Source of the DNA: Mycoplasmatota bacterium
GTDB taxonomy: Bacteria > Bacillota_I > Bacilli_A > MAG-NZ
Direction of reading: 5' to 3'
NCBI GenBank assembly: GCA_018394315.1
Contig: CP074575.1
Span: 62,001 to 126,000, forward strand
DNA length: 64,000 nucleotides
A program made the translations under genes and the position numbers. The notes below the pieces were generated by a model that was given only the letters and a program-made list of their open reading frames with translations, did no database searches and was not told where the DNA came from. Shown here in pieces: positions 51,200 to 61,812 of the stretch (position 1 is its first letter; each line of letters starts with the position of its first letter).

Positions 51200-52096
51200 T
51201 TATTTCTTATATATTGCTAACTTAACGACCATATCAACGCCCTTACTGAATGGCCAAATGAGCCATTTTTTCTCAACTTCGTCGACTAATTCATTAAGTA
51301 AAAACAATCCTAGATCACCCATACCAAATCCATAATCAGATTGGTACTTATCATAAAACTCTTCCATTTTATCTAAATCACTAATTCTATCTCTTACCTC
51401 TTCCATAAACTTGCTTTTTGCATCGTCTTGGAAGATATCTGATAAAACAACTAAATATTCACTCATTGTTCTTACAAGATTACTATTAAAGTTTCTAAAT
51501 ACATCAATTAACTTATCTTGCATATATCCTTCAATAAACTTAATTAAGTGTTCTGGATAACCACTTACTCTTAACTTTGAACAACTTAACATTACTTGTT
51601 GGTATATTAGTTGTGTATATATTGGAGTTACTAAAACTAAAGAAGCCTTATTCGTATATGACTTTAAGAACTTATATGCTTCTATCCCTTTAAGCCTATT
51701 CTCTAATAGAGTTTCTAAACATTCATGTGATTTACAGTTTATAACTCCTTCTTCAAAACCATTAAAAAACTGATTTTTTTCAAAACCGGTATACTCTATT
51801 CTTTCTAATTTAATTTTCTTTCTATCATCAACACTTAAATTACATCTATCTACTGATTCTTTAACACTTGATAAATCAATATCCGTTAGTACAACTTCGT
51901 TAAAATTCTTAACTAGTAGCTCTAATGAAAAATCCTCGCATCTTCCCGCACCAATAACAATGACTAGTTCTTTTCCCGTTTTATTTATAGTTTTCGATAA
52001 AATGGAATCAACATTAAATCTATAATCCTTCCATAACAGGAATCTATTCTCATCTGTAGTATTAAGTGAATTGTTGAATAACTCTATATTTAACAT
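51200..52096 (-). CDS. Hypothetical protein with SAM/Rossmann-like N-terminus
   Basis: VIGAGRCED...LTDID pattern. Confidence 0.55.
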   Translation of the reverse strand: MLNIELFNNSLNTTDENRFLLWKDYRFNVDSILSKTINKTGKELVIVIGAGRCEDFSLELLVKNFNEVVLTDIDLSSVKESVDRCNLSVDDRKKIKLERIEYTGFEKNQFFNGFEEGVINCKSHECLETLLENRLKGIEAYKFLKSYTNKASLVLVTPIYTQLIYQQVMLSCSKLRVSGYPEHLIKFIEGYMQDKLIDVFRNFNSNLVRTMSEYLVVLSDIFQDDAKSKFMEEVRDRISDLDKMEEFYDKYQSDYGFGMGDLGLFLLNELVDEVEKKWLIWPFSKGVDMVVKLAIYKK

Positions 52097-52425
52097 ACTC
52101 CACCTCTTCCTAGTTCGTGTACAAACGATAACGCATAGTTAGTATACTAACTTTATAAAAAAAAAGCAATAAATCTTGTCGATTTAGCTCTCTTTTTTTT
52201 TGTAACAAATATTACCAGTTATACTTACAGACTGTATTACCTTCTATTTTATTTATGCATATGCAATCTAGATTACATTAATTTGATTATAATCTTCTTA
52301 ATATAATCAAAAGTAATGGCTCTACTATGCCAAAATTACTGCTTTTCCGAAGTATTAATAATAATATAATTTGTTAATAATATATGTAATTTTTATAAAA
52401 ATATCTAAGATTAAGAATCTATACA

Positions 52426-53697
52426 CTATCTTGACATTATGTCAAGTATCATTTCATCAGTTTCATTCATTCCATCTGCTGCGATGTTAACCATATTACG
52501 AATCGTATCTTCTATATCTTCTTTAATAATACCTGTTCCACTTTCAACAACCTTGTTTTGTAAAGCTAAGGTTTTAGCTAAAAAAGCAGCATCCAAACTT
52601 GAAGCGATTTTTAAAGCACATGATGATTTAGCTCCATCACAAATTACTCCTGTTAAATTAGCGACAGAATTTTTAATACTATTTTCTATTTGAGTGTAGT
52701 TCCCGCCTTCTAAGTAAGTTAAAGCAGATCCAACTCCTATCGCAGCTGTTACAGCTCCACAAAATGCTGAGAGTCTCCCGATACTAGTTTTAATATGAAT
52801 TGGAATTAAATTGGCCATAGCTAATGCTCTATATTTTAGTTCTTCACTAATCCCAGTTTCTTCTGAATAAATATGAATTGGAATACTAATTGTCATTCCT
52901 TGATTTCCGCTACCTGAATTAATAACAACCGGTAAATCACAACCACTCATTCTAGCATCACTTCCAGCAGCAGCAGAAGCTCTCATTTTATCACTTAACC
53001 CGTCACTACACCCGCATGATGTAATTGATCTACCTACATTGATTCCCCAATCGTTTGTTAGTCCTTCTTTTGCAATCACAGAATTATGAATTAATTGTTT
53101 TTCTAGTATTTTCTTAAGTTCTAAATAATCAACTTTATTAATAAACTCATAAATTCTTTTAATACTTAATTCTGATCTATCAGTCAAAGATGAATTAAAA
53201 TCACTCTCGCTACATGGATTATGTATAATTTGAGTACTGTTTCTAACTATTTTAGTAATATTAGTATGAGTATGCATTAACTCAACAATCGCAACATCAT
53301 CATCTTTTCTCATTTCTACTTCCACATAAAGTTTAGCATCAGAGTCTTTTCTAGAATAAGATGATAACCCCTTACTTTTTAATTCTTTAGTCTTTTCAAT
53401 TAGCTTAGGAGTAGCTGCTTCTAAAACTTTTAACCCTTCAGCTGAATTACCAATTAAAGCTCCTAAAATAACTACGTTATTGATTCCCCTAAGTCCATTA
53501 GTATGTGGAATTACGACACCCTGAACATTTTTAATCATGTTACCACTACTTCTAACAATAATTTCATCTGGAAATGAGCCTAAAATCTCTTTACATCTTG
53601 CTGCTGCTAGAGCATAAGCAGTGGGTTCAGTACATCCTAACGCAAATACTAGTTCTTCATCTAATATTTTTAAAAATTGCTTGTCCATATTGTTCAT
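52426..53697 (-). CDS. YhaM/CyuA-family L-cysteine desulfidase
   Basis: ALGCTEP, SDARMSG, SGSGNQG, LSAFCG, CDGAKSSC. Confidence 0.88.
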   Translation of the reverse strand: MNNMDKQFLKILDEELVFALGCTEPTAYALAAARCKEILGSFPDEIIVRSSGNMIKNVQGVVIPHTNGLRGINNVVILGALIGNSAEGLKVLEAATPKLIEKTKELKSKGLSSYSRKDSDAKLYVEVEMRKDDDVAIVELMHTHTNITKIVRNSTQIIHNPCSESDFNSSLTDRSELSIKRIYEFINKVDYLELKKILEKQLIHNSVIAKEGLTNDWGINVGRSITSCGCSDGLSDKMRASAAAGSDARMSGCDLPVVINSGSGNQGMTISIPIHIYSEETGISEELKYRALAMANLIPIHIKTSIGRLSAFCGAVTAAIGVGSALTYLEGGNYTQIENSIKNSVANLTGVICDGAKSSCALKIASSLDAAFLAKTLALQNKVVESGTGIIKEDIEDTIRNMVNIAADGMNETDEMILDIMSR

Positions 53698-53752
53698 AAA
53701 ACCCCTCCAACCTATCACATTATAATAAAAATAAAACAGAGAATCACTCTGT

Positions 53753-53953
53753 TTATATTACTTCAAATACAACTAAAACTATAGCTAAAACTCCAAATGC
53801 CATGTAAAGTAAACGAGCAGGAAACTCTCCTACTAATCTTACTAATCTCTGAGCTCTTGGTGAGCTAAATCCAAATTTAAAAATTCCTAAAGCTATTATA
53901 TAATAAGCTCCTAGTACTAAAATTAAATAATCTAAAACATCAAAATTTTTCAC
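53753..53953 (-). CDS. Small two-TM membrane protein (Imm17-like pattern)
   Basis: Two hydrophobic helices around ...LVG...ARL.Y...G. Confidence 0.5.
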   Translation of the reverse strand: MKNFDVLDYLILVLGAYYIIALGIFKFGFSSPRAQRLVRLVGEFPARLLYMAFGVLAIVLVVFEVI

Positions 53954-54378
53954 TCTTCACCCTCCGTTTCTTTAAATTCCACATCTATAAAATCTGAATT
54001 CCTTAAATCATAACTATCTATCAAACCAGATAATTGTTTACTTACAAACGATAATACAGTAATGTCATCTATCATACCAGCTACCGGTATAAAATCTGGA
54101 ACAGCATCAAGTGGCGATACAAAATAGACTATACCAGCAATTATCAAAGAAAGTTCCTTTTTAGTTAACTTAAAATCATTCCTAAAATAATCATAGATCA
54201 TCATAATGTACATTTTAAGATATTTTACTCCTTCAGAAAAACTCTCTTTTTTTGAATTCATCTTCTCGGTAGCTTTTTCTACCAATTTAGCAAATTTATC
54301 AAGTGAGGTGTACTCTTTTGCTTTCTTCTTCCACTTTTCATTATTTAAAAAACTTTTTATTACATTATTATCTTTCAT
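53950..54378 (-). CDS. YkvA/DUF1232 protein
   Basis: YFVSPLDAVPDFIPVAGMIDD. Confidence 0.85.
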   Translation of the reverse strand: MKDNNVIKSFLNNEKWKKKAKEYTSLDKFAKLVEKATEKMNSKKESFSEGVKYLKMYIMMIYDYFRNDFKLTKKELSLIIAGIVYFVSPLDAVPDFIPVAGMIDDITVLSFVSKQLSGLIDSYDLRNSDFIDVEFKETEGEE

Positions 54379-54428
54379 ATCTTCTACCTTAATACAATTA
54401 TATCATAATAAATTCGTAATAAAAGAGA

Positions 54429-55571
54429 CTAGTTTAGTTCACTTTGATACCCTTTGGTTACTTTAATAAATAATATACCAGCAACAAGTATTGAAACTGA
54501 GCAGACAATAATATTAAGGAAAAAACCACCGAAGTCATTTACGTAAGGTGCAGTAATATTACTAAAGGTATTAGCTAGTGCCATACTCATCCCTAATAAC
54601 GTAAGGAAACTATTAGATTCTTTTTTAAACATTTTACTACCAACAGGAAAAAGAAGACCCCAAACAGTATCAAAAGTAAAACCAAATAAAAATATAAAGG
54701 AAATAATAATTACTGGGCTATTCATAAAAATTGGTAAAATTACAATTACAGACGCTATGAACCCATATTTTGTTAGTCTAAGCTTTCCTATTCTATCACT
54801 AAATAGTATTATAATAATCGCTGCTCCTAAAGTCCCTAGAGCTACTGTAGAATAAACTACGGTAATGAATAATTGATCATAACCTTTGCTACTTAGAAAT
54901 AGACTCATATAGTTATAAAAATAAACTGCAGGTATGCTTGTTAAAAAAGTAATTAACATCATAGTCTTCACTTCTTTATTTACTATTAATCTTTTAAATT
55001 CCTTAAAGTCTATCCCCTCTTCTGAATCGATTTTTGGTAGAGGAATTAACAAGAAGAACACGAGTAACATAGAAATACCGAATGTATAATATAATTCACT
55101 GATTGAATAATTAGTAACAAAGATATTTCCTATAATTGGTGAAGTGAGAACTGCAATGGCAAAAGAAAGTTTATAAACTCCACTTGCAAAGCCTAAATTA
55201 TTATAAGGTATAATTTTTGATGTATATGAAATTATTAAACTAGCTAACGTAAAATAACCTAATCCAATTAATGATCTAGACAAGAAGAATTGTAGAGCGG
55301 TCTCAGAATTAGCAGTTAAGAAAGAACCTATACTAAATAATCCAACTGTAATTAGAAGGATTTTTTTTATCCCTATCTTTTCTGCAGAAAATCCCAAGAG
55401 CGGAGTTAGTAACCCCATCAAAGCGTAACCCGCATTTAAAAACGTTACCCTGTTTGGATTAACACTATAGTATTCAGCAATTTTAGGCGCTAGTGGCATA
55501 ACTATACTCATCTCATTTATCATGATAAATTGTACTAATGCTAAGACACTTATTGCGTATATTTTTTTCAT
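54429..55571 (-). CDS. MFS transporter
   Basis: About 12 hydrophobic segments; G..AEKIG.K and SDRIGK motifs; start at MKKIY with GGAGG SD. Confidence 0.85.
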   Translation of the reverse strand: MKKIYAISVLALVQFIMINEMSIVMPLAPKIAEYYSVNPNRVTFLNAGYALMGLLTPLLGFSAEKIGIKKILLITVGLFSIGSFLTANSETALQFFLSRSLIGLGYFTLASLIISYTSKIIPYNNLGFASGVYKLSFAIAVLTSPIIGNIFVTNYSISELYYTFGISMLLVFFLLIPLPKIDSEEGIDFKEFKRLIVNKEVKTMMLITFLTSIPAVYFYNYMSLFLSSKGYDQLFITVVYSTVALGTLGAAIIIILFSDRIGKLRLTKYGFIASVIVILPIFMNSPVIIISFIFLFGFTFDTVWGLLFPVGSKMFKKESNSFLTLLGMSMALANTFSNITAPYVNDFGGFFLNIIVCSVSILVAGILFIKVTKGYQSELN

Positions 55572-55622
55572 GTAGAACCTCCATCTAAGTACATGTGTGA
55601 TATAATTTAATAGGGTGAAATT

Positions 55623-56534
55623 ATGCGAAAAATAATAATAGATACAGATACTGCAAGTGATGATGCAGTAGCAATAATTATGGCTCTTAGAGCTAAAAAT
55701 ATTCATGTTGAAGCAATTACAACTGTGGCTGGAAATGTACCAATTGATGTCGCAACTAGAAATGCCTTAATCTCTATTGAAATGGCAAATACATATGCAC
55801 CACCAGTTTATGTAGGTAGCGATAAACCTCTTAAAAGAGACTTATTTACATCCACATCATTTCATGGATCTGATGGTATGGGTGATATGGATTTACCAAT
55901 ACCAAAAAATGTCCCAATGAAAGAGTATGCAATCGATAAACTGATTGAGCTCATTGATAAATTCCCTTATCAAATAGAACTGATTGCAATTGGTCCATTA
56001 ACTAATATTGCGTTAGCAACTCAAAAGGCTCCTAACACAATGAGAAAACTAAAAAAACTTTTCATTATGGGGGGCAATGGTCTTGGTCCAGGAAACATCA
56101 CAGATTATGCTGAGTTTAACTTTTATGCAGATGCAGAAGCAGCACAAATAGTTTTAGAAGAAAACCTAAACCCATTTATTTTAGGTTGGGATGTAAGTTT
56201 GAACGACTCATATGTCAATGAAACCGATATTGATTTTATGACTAATTCTTCTACGGTATCTAATTTTTGTGTAAGATCAAATCAATCTATTATAGAATTT
56301 AACCAACGAGAATTTAATAAAACCGGCTTTGTACTTCCTGACCCGGCACTTCTTGCTGTCGCAATTGATGATAAACTGATTGAAGATAGTATTAAGACAT
56401 ACTCAGCAATTGTAACAAATGGAGAAAGGTATGGTCAACTTATAGTTGATTTCGATAAAACACCTAACTCTACTTTATGTAAGAAAATGTCTACAATTAA
56501 ATTCAAAGAAATGCTTTTTAACCTAACAAAGTAA
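55623..56534 (+). CDS. Nucleoside hydrolase (IU-NH family)
   Basis: DTDTASDD, HG.DG, GPLTN, AEFN, LPDP. Confidence 0.9.
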   Translation: MRKIIIDTDTASDDAVAIIMALRAKNIHVEAITTVAGNVPIDVATRNALISIEMANTYAPPVYVGSDKPLKRDLFTSTSFHGSDGMGDMDLPIPKNVPMKEYAIDKLIELIDKFPYQIELIAIGPLTNIALATQKAPNTMRKLKKLFIMGGNGLGPGNITDYAEFNFYADAEAAQIVLEENLNPFILGWDVSLNDSYVNETDIDFMTNSSTVSNFCVRSNQSIIEFNQREFNKTGFVLPDPALLAVAIDDKLIEDSIKTYSAIVTNGERYGQLIVDFDKTPNSTLCKKMSTIKFKEMLFNLTK

Positions 56535-56557
56535 CAAGCTATTAAAAATAGCTTGTT
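56533..56557. terminator. Bidirectional terminator between convergent genes
   Basis: AACAAGCTATT/AATAGCTTGTT. Confidence 0.65.
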
Positions 56558-57697
56558 TTAATTTAATTTATTTTCATAACTTATCATTACGTAGTTAAAC
56601 ACCATAATACAAATAACGAATGCACTAAATGCTACTAATATGTTACCAATAAATCCCCATCTAGCCATTACTAGCGGAGCTACGCTATTAGTAACAACAC
56701 TTGCACCTGACATTGCCATGCTTAAGATAGTAATAAAACTATTTACACCTTTTTTAAACATCTTAGATGAAACAGTAAAGAATAATCCCCAAACTGTATC
56801 ATAACCTATCCCAAATAAGACTGAAAATATAATTATTGTTATATTATAGTCAAATACAAATCCTAAAATTGCACCAGTCGATAAATATATTCCCCATCTA
56901 GCCATTCGAAGTTTTCCAATTTTGTCGCTAAATAGTATTACAAGAATTGCTGCGAATATTGATCCTGACGCAACAATTGTGAACATTCTACTTGATTCAG
57001 CAACTGTATAACCAATACCTTGTAAATATATACCTAGGTAATTAAAGAAAAACACACTTGGAGTAGCTAACATAAACACGGCTATCATCATTAGTATAAC
57101 ATCTTGTTTTTTTAAGAGGTTTTTAATATCACGCAAATTTATATCGCTATCAGATGCTACCTCTGGAAGGGGGATCAACATCGCGAGTATTAATAAAGTA
57201 GCCACTCCAATTGAGAAATATAGCTTAGAAACATTTAAATATCTCACATAGAAACTTCCGATAATCGGAGAAGCAAACATTGCGCTTGCAAATGCAAATT
57301 TATATATTCCGCTTACAAATCCAAGCCTTTCATAAGAGATTATTTTACTTGAATATACAATTACTAAACTAGTAATAGTAAAATAACCGATCCCAATTAC
57401 CGTTCTACCTATAAAATAACCTGTACTTGTAGTAACAAATGAACTTATAAATGCGCCAGCACTAAATATAGCAACATTGATTATGATTATTTTTTTAAGT
57501 CCGAACTTGTCCGACAGGAATCCATTCACAGGTGTTAAAAGTCCCATTAGAGTATAACCAATAAATAATAAGGTAACACTATTTCGTGATATACCGTACA
57601 TGTCAGCTATTTGCGGACCTAGTGGCATTACCACGCTAAACTCAACAACAATAACAAATGTTAGCAAAGAAAATACAGATACTGCGTATTTCTTCAT
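56558..57697 (-). CDS. MFS transporter (paralog of 54429-55571)
   Basis: SDKFG.K and SDKIGK motifs; about 12 TMs. Confidence 0.87.
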   Translation of the reverse strand: MKKYAVSVFSLLTFVIVVEFSVVMPLGPQIADMYGISRNSVTLLFIGYTLMGLLTPVNGFLSDKFGLKKIIIINVAIFSAGAFISSFVTTSTGYFIGRTVIGIGYFTITSLVIVYSSKIISYERLGFVSGIYKFAFASAMFASPIIGSFYVRYLNVSKLYFSIGVATLLILAMLIPLPEVASDSDINLRDIKNLLKKQDVILMMIAVFMLATPSVFFFNYLGIYLQGIGYTVAESSRMFTIVASGSIFAAILVILFSDKIGKLRMARWGIYLSTGAILGFVFDYNITIIIFSVLFGIGYDTVWGLFFTVSSKMFKKGVNSFITILSMAMSGASVVTNSVAPLVMARWGFIGNILVAFSAFVICIMVFNYVMISYENKLN

Positions 57698-58500
57698 TAC
57701 TTATTTTTTACCTCAGCAATAAAGCCTTCTATATCAATAATGTAATTTTTCATTTTCAAGTCATGTGCTAATTTTGAAATATATGGTTGTTTAAGTGATG
57801 CTTTATCTAAGATTTCAAAATCCCAAAAGATTTCTTTCTTAGTCGAATCAGCAACAATTTTTTTGTTTGCCATTACAACGATTCTATCGAAATTATCAAT
57901 TACAAATTCCATATCATGTGTAATGATAATAACTGTTTTGTTTCGTTTAATTAATTCATCAATTATTTTGCTTTGTAGAACCAAACCGTCAAGATCTTGC
58001 CCAGCAGTTGGCTCATCTAGAATTATGTATTCACTACCCATAGCTATTACACACGCAATAGTAACAAATTTTCTTAACCCAAACGGTAAATCATATGGAT
58101 TAGACTTTAAGTACTGAGTAATGCCACAAAGTTCAGCAGCATCTTCAACCAATTCCTTAACTTTACTCTCTTCTAACTTATTGTATCTCGGATTATAAGC
58201 TATCTCATCATACACAGTTCTGTTAAACAATTGATCTCCCGGGTTTTGAAATACATATCCAACTTTTTTAGATATTTGAGCAGTTGTAAGCTCTTTTAAG
58301 TCAATGCCATCAACCGTAATAGTTCCCTCAGTAGGTCTTAAAAGGTTGTTCATCATTTTAACAAATGTAGTCTTACCAGCACCATTTTGACCGATAATGG
58401 CAATTTTTTCACCTTTTGTAATTTCTAAAGAAACATCATCAATAGCACAAAAACCATTAGGGTAATTGAATACTACATTATCTATTTTAATACCATTCAT
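57697..58500 (-). CDS. ECF transporter ATPase (A')
   Basis: GQNGAGKT, FQNP, degenerate signature LPFG, LDEPT. Confidence 0.88.
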   Translation of the reverse strand: MNGIKIDNVVFNYPNGFCAIDDVSLEITKGEKIAIIGQNGAGKTTFVKMMNNLLRPTEGTITVDGIDLKELTTAQISKKVGYVFQNPGDQLFNRTVYDEIAYNPRYNKLEESKVKELVEDAAELCGITQYLKSNPYDLPFGLRKFVTIACVIAMGSEYIILDEPTAGQDLDGLVLQSKIIDELIKRNKTVIIITHDMEFVIDNFDRIVVMANKKIVADSTKKEIFWDFEILDKASLKQPYISKLAHDLKMKNYIIDIEGFIAEVKNK

Positions 58501-58511
58501 AATATTTCCTC

Positions 58512-59354
58512 CTATACCTTATCTTTGAAAACTTCTACTGCTTCTTCTAAAACAGAAGGAATTTTTGATAATTTTTCTACTTTATTATTATACTCTATTC
58601 CAAGTTTAGCTATTTGAGGTAAATTAGTTCCATAACTCATAACATCTTCCTTTGAAAGAATTTCACTAGTCGTACCATCAAAAACTATGTTTTTATCATT
58701 TAGTAGTATAACTCGATCTGCATATTCAGCAATTAAGTCAATTTTATGTTCTACAAGGATAATAGTTTTATTTTGCTCTTTTAGTATTTTTATTATTTCA
58801 AATATTTCTTCAGTTCCTTTTGGATCTAATTGACTAGTAGGCTCATCTATAATTAAGATTTCCGGGTCCATAGCTAAAATAGAAGCTATCGCAACTCTTT
58901 GACGTTGACCACCCGATAATTCAGCCGGATGCTTATCTTTTAAGTCCTCTATTTTTAATAGCTTAATAATTTCTTCAATTCTTCTAATCATTTCATCTCT
59001 AGGAACACCTAAGTTTTCTAACCCAAATCCAATTTCTTCATAAACAGTTTCTTTAATACCACTTATTTGAATAAATGGATTTTGGAATATATATCCAATT
59101 TTATCTGATAAATCACTTAAATCCATTTTAAGAATTGAATCGTCATATAAAAGAATATCGCCCTCAAGATCACCTTGAGTTAAATGTGGAATAAATCCTC
59201 TAAGTAAGTTGCATAAAGTAGTTTTTCCGCTACCGTTTCTACCGATAATTGCGACTAATTCACCCTTGTTAATTGATAAAGATAGATTTTCAAATACTTT
59301 TTCCTTACCAATTAAATACTTAAATGATAAATTTTTAACTTCTAACGCCTTCAT
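58512..59354 (-). CDS. ECF transporter ATPase (A)
   Basis: GRNGSGKT, FQNP, LSGGQ, DEPT. Confidence 0.9.
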   Translation of the reverse strand: MKALEVKNLSFKYLIGKEKVFENLSLSINKGELVAIIGRNGSGKTTLCNLLRGFIPHLTQGDLEGDILLYDDSILKMDLSDLSDKIGYIFQNPFIQISGIKETVYEEIGFGLENLGVPRDEMIRRIEEIIKLLKIEDLKDKHPAELSGGQRQRVAIASILAMDPEILIIDEPTSQLDPKGTEEIFEIIKILKEQNKTIILVEHKIDLIAEYADRVILLNDKNIVFDGTTSEILSKEDVMSYGTNLPQIAKLGIEYNNKVEKLSKIPSVLEEAVEVFKDKV

Positions 59355-59355
59355 C

Positions 59356-60117
59356 CTACATACCTCCTATTCCAGGTACAAAAACCCAAACCATATATAA
59401 TACACATGCCAACAAGATAAGCCACGGTAATATCTTATCAATACGTCTTGCTGATAAATCTCTATAGAAGGAATTCGGATTACTTGATGAGAAAGCTCTC
59501 GCTTCTAGAGTAGCAGCTTTATCACCAATATCAGTAATACTTGATATAATTAAAGGACTCAATGTCGGGAAAAATGCTTTAGTTCTTACCCACATATTTC
59601 CTTCCGTTTCAATTCCTCTAGCTCTTTGTGCTTGCATAATTACTTTACTTCTTTTACTCATTTCTGGAATCATCTGTAATGAGGCTAAAAATACATAAGC
59701 CGCAGAATTTGGCATACCAGTTTTTTGAAGAGAAACCATTAAGTCTGTTATATTAGTTGTTTCAAAAACTAATAATAACGTTGTCAAGAAAACAGAAATT
59801 GTCGACGTTAAATTTAGTGCTTTGTCTAATCCTTCAACAGATAGTTTTAAGAATTTCCATTCCCAAATTATATTACTTGAAGGTGTAAAGAAAGCCTGAA
59901 CCAAAAAGATAAACAAGAAAAATATTATCATAGCAGATAAAACCTTCTTCGAATAACTTTTAAATTTTCCATCTACTAAAGCTAGCATAAACATAACTGG
60001 TAGTACTACAAAATAACCAAATTGCCACTGGTGAACAACAATCGAAGTAATCCCCAATAGTAAGGCAATTATTAATTTAGACAAAGGATACATCTTTGAT
60101 ACTATACCTTTTTTCAT
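59356..60117 (-). CDS. ECF transporter T component
   Basis: AQRARG and LEARAF motifs. Confidence 0.9.
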   Translation of the reverse strand: MKKGIVSKMYPLSKLIIALLLGITSIVVHQWQFGYFVVLPVMFMLALVDGKFKSYSKKVLSAMIIFFLFIFLVQAFFTPSSNIIWEWKFLKLSVEGLDKALNLTSTISVFLTTLLLVFETTNITDLMVSLQKTGMPNSAAYVFLASLQMIPEMSKRSKVIMQAQRARGIETEGNMWVRTKAFFPTLSPLIISSITDIGDKAATLEARAFSSSNPNSFYRDLSARRIDKILPWLILLACVLYMVWVFVPGIGGM

Positions 60118-60136
60118 ATTCTTACTCCTTTAATTA

Positions 60137-60166
60137 TTTCAAGAGACCCCGAAGAGCCTCTTGAAA
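60137..60166 (-). terminator. Intra-operon hairpin after the S-component gene
   Basis: TTTCAAGAG/CTCTTGAAA stem; weak U-tail. Confidence 0.5.
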
Positions 60167-60172
60167 AATAAA

Positions 60173-60760
60173 TTACTCTGAATCTTTTACGTACATTTTT
60201 CCTAATGGGAATTTTACCAATGTGCTTACTGGTAAACTTCTTACTAAGAAAAATACAATGAATGTAGATAAGAATTTATCAACAGTTTCAGTAATTAATG
60301 CACTTGATGCAACTGACTCCCATAAACCTTGACCTGTAGTTAAGAAGAAAGCAGTAATTACTGATCCTCCACCACCACCGGCGATACCACCGAATAAAAT
60401 AGTAGTAATAGGTACTGCAGTTAATAAAGCAGCAGCCCAAATACCGATACTAGTTAATGCAGTCCATTTAAATGATTTAAATGCACCTTTTTGAGCAGCA
60501 TATCCTGCTACCGCACCACATGCGATTTGCACGATTGCATAAGGAATCCAAGTTGGTGAAGATAAACCTAAGATTAAGTTTGTTACACCACCTGCTACCA
60601 TTGCTGGTACTGGTCCTGCTACAGCGGCTACTAAAATAGTACCAATCATGTCTAAATACATTGGAAGTTTTAGTATACTAGCTAGTTGACCCCCGATAAA
60701 GTTAACCGCGATAGCGATTGGAATCAGGATTAACGTCATTGTTCCGAAATACTTTTTCAT
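60173..60760 (-). CDS. ECF transporter S component
   Basis: 195-aa hydrophobic protein, LKLP.YLD.IGT, adjacent to T/A/A'. Confidence 0.85.
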   Translation of the reverse strand: MKKYFGTMTLILIPIAIAVNFIGGQLASILKLPMYLDMIGTILVAAVAGPVPAMVAGGVTNLILGLSSPTWIPYAIVQIACGAVAGYAAQKGAFKSFKWTALTSIGIWAAALLTAVPITTILFGGIAGGGGGSVITAFFLTTGQGLWESVASSALITETVDKFLSTFIVFFLVRSLPVSTLVKFPLGKMYVKDSE

Positions 60761-60812
60761 TTCTTGTTTCCTCCTCTTTTTTTTATTTCAACACAATTGA
60801 ATGTGTTCAAAC

Positions 60813-61799
60813 CTAACTAATGACATGGTTCTTATATAAAAGACCTGTCTCTTTACCAAATACAATTTCCATAAATAATTCTTTATATTTTCTGGAATCA
60901 ACACTCATCGCAACAAACGCGTTGTCGGGTCCATATTGTCTTGTCCTAATTTGATCAACTACTGTTTGACCAACCGTAAAATCTTCAGTTGAAACTTGTA
61001 AATTAGTTCTTAATACATTTGGACATACAGAACTATCAATTGCATAAATAACTGTTAATAAATCATGTATGATATTACCAATAATTCTCTCTTCTTCCCA
61101 ACCTGATACAGGAAGTACACTTTGTTGCATATTATATAGGATTTCTCCCAATTGTCCACCTTCTAATTTCATGAATAGAATGTCGTTAGCTGATAAATAC
61201 GAAGGTTGAGTTACGTTTAAACCTATCATATGAATATCAACATATTCACCGATACTATACATAATTTCAACTGCTTTAGCATCAAACCAATAATTAAATT
61301 CTGCTACAGGGTTCATGTTTCCAGTAACCACACCTCCACCCATACTCCATATCGATTTCACTAATTTCATAGTCTCGATATCTTTTTGGATAGCTAATGC
61401 AATATTCGTTACTGGTCCTAAGGTGAAAATTTCAATTTCATTAGGATACTTTTTAACAGTCTCTAATATAAAATCAACTGCGTGTTTATTTGATAATTTC
61501 TCTTCATCATAATCAAGCTGAACTCCGCCTAATCCATCAACACCATGAGCTCCAGCGTTATCACTCTTTGGAAGTTCTTGCTCTAATAACGAATCACTTG
61601 CACCTTTATAAACCATACAATCAATATTATTTAACTTAACCAGTTTAAGAGCATTTTGAGTAGTAACTTCTAGTCCTTTATTTCCAGCTACAGAAGTAAC
61701 ACCTAATATTTCAAAGTTTGAGTACTTACTTGCTGCAGTTATTGCGAATGCATCATCAATTCCTGGGTCTGTATCTATTATTATTTTTCTTTTTTCCAT
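60813..61799 (-). CDS. Nucleoside hydrolase
   Basis: DTDPGIDD, GPVTN, AEFN, IHD. Confidence 0.92.
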   Translation of the reverse strand: MEKRKIIIDTDPGIDDAFAITAASKYSNFEILGVTSVAGNKGLEVTTQNALKLVKLNNIDCMVYKGASDSLLEQELPKSDNAGAHGVDGLGGVQLDYDEEKLSNKHAVDFILETVKKYPNEIEIFTLGPVTNIALAIQKDIETMKLVKSIWSMGGGVVTGNMNPVAEFNYWFDAKAVEIMYSIGEYVDIHMIGLNVTQPSYLSANDILFMKLEGGQLGEILYNMQQSVLPVSGWEEERIIGNIIHDLLTVIYAIDSSVCPNVLRTNLQVSTEDFTVGQTVVDQIRTRQYGPDNAFVAMSVDSRKYKELFMEIVFGKETGLLYKNHVIS

Positions 61800-61812
61800 A
61801 AATACTCCTACA

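Noticed and set aside
52199..52220. Rex-like operator upstream of mbx
   Set aside because: Too many mismatches to TTGTGAA-N4-TTCACAA in very AT-rich DNA
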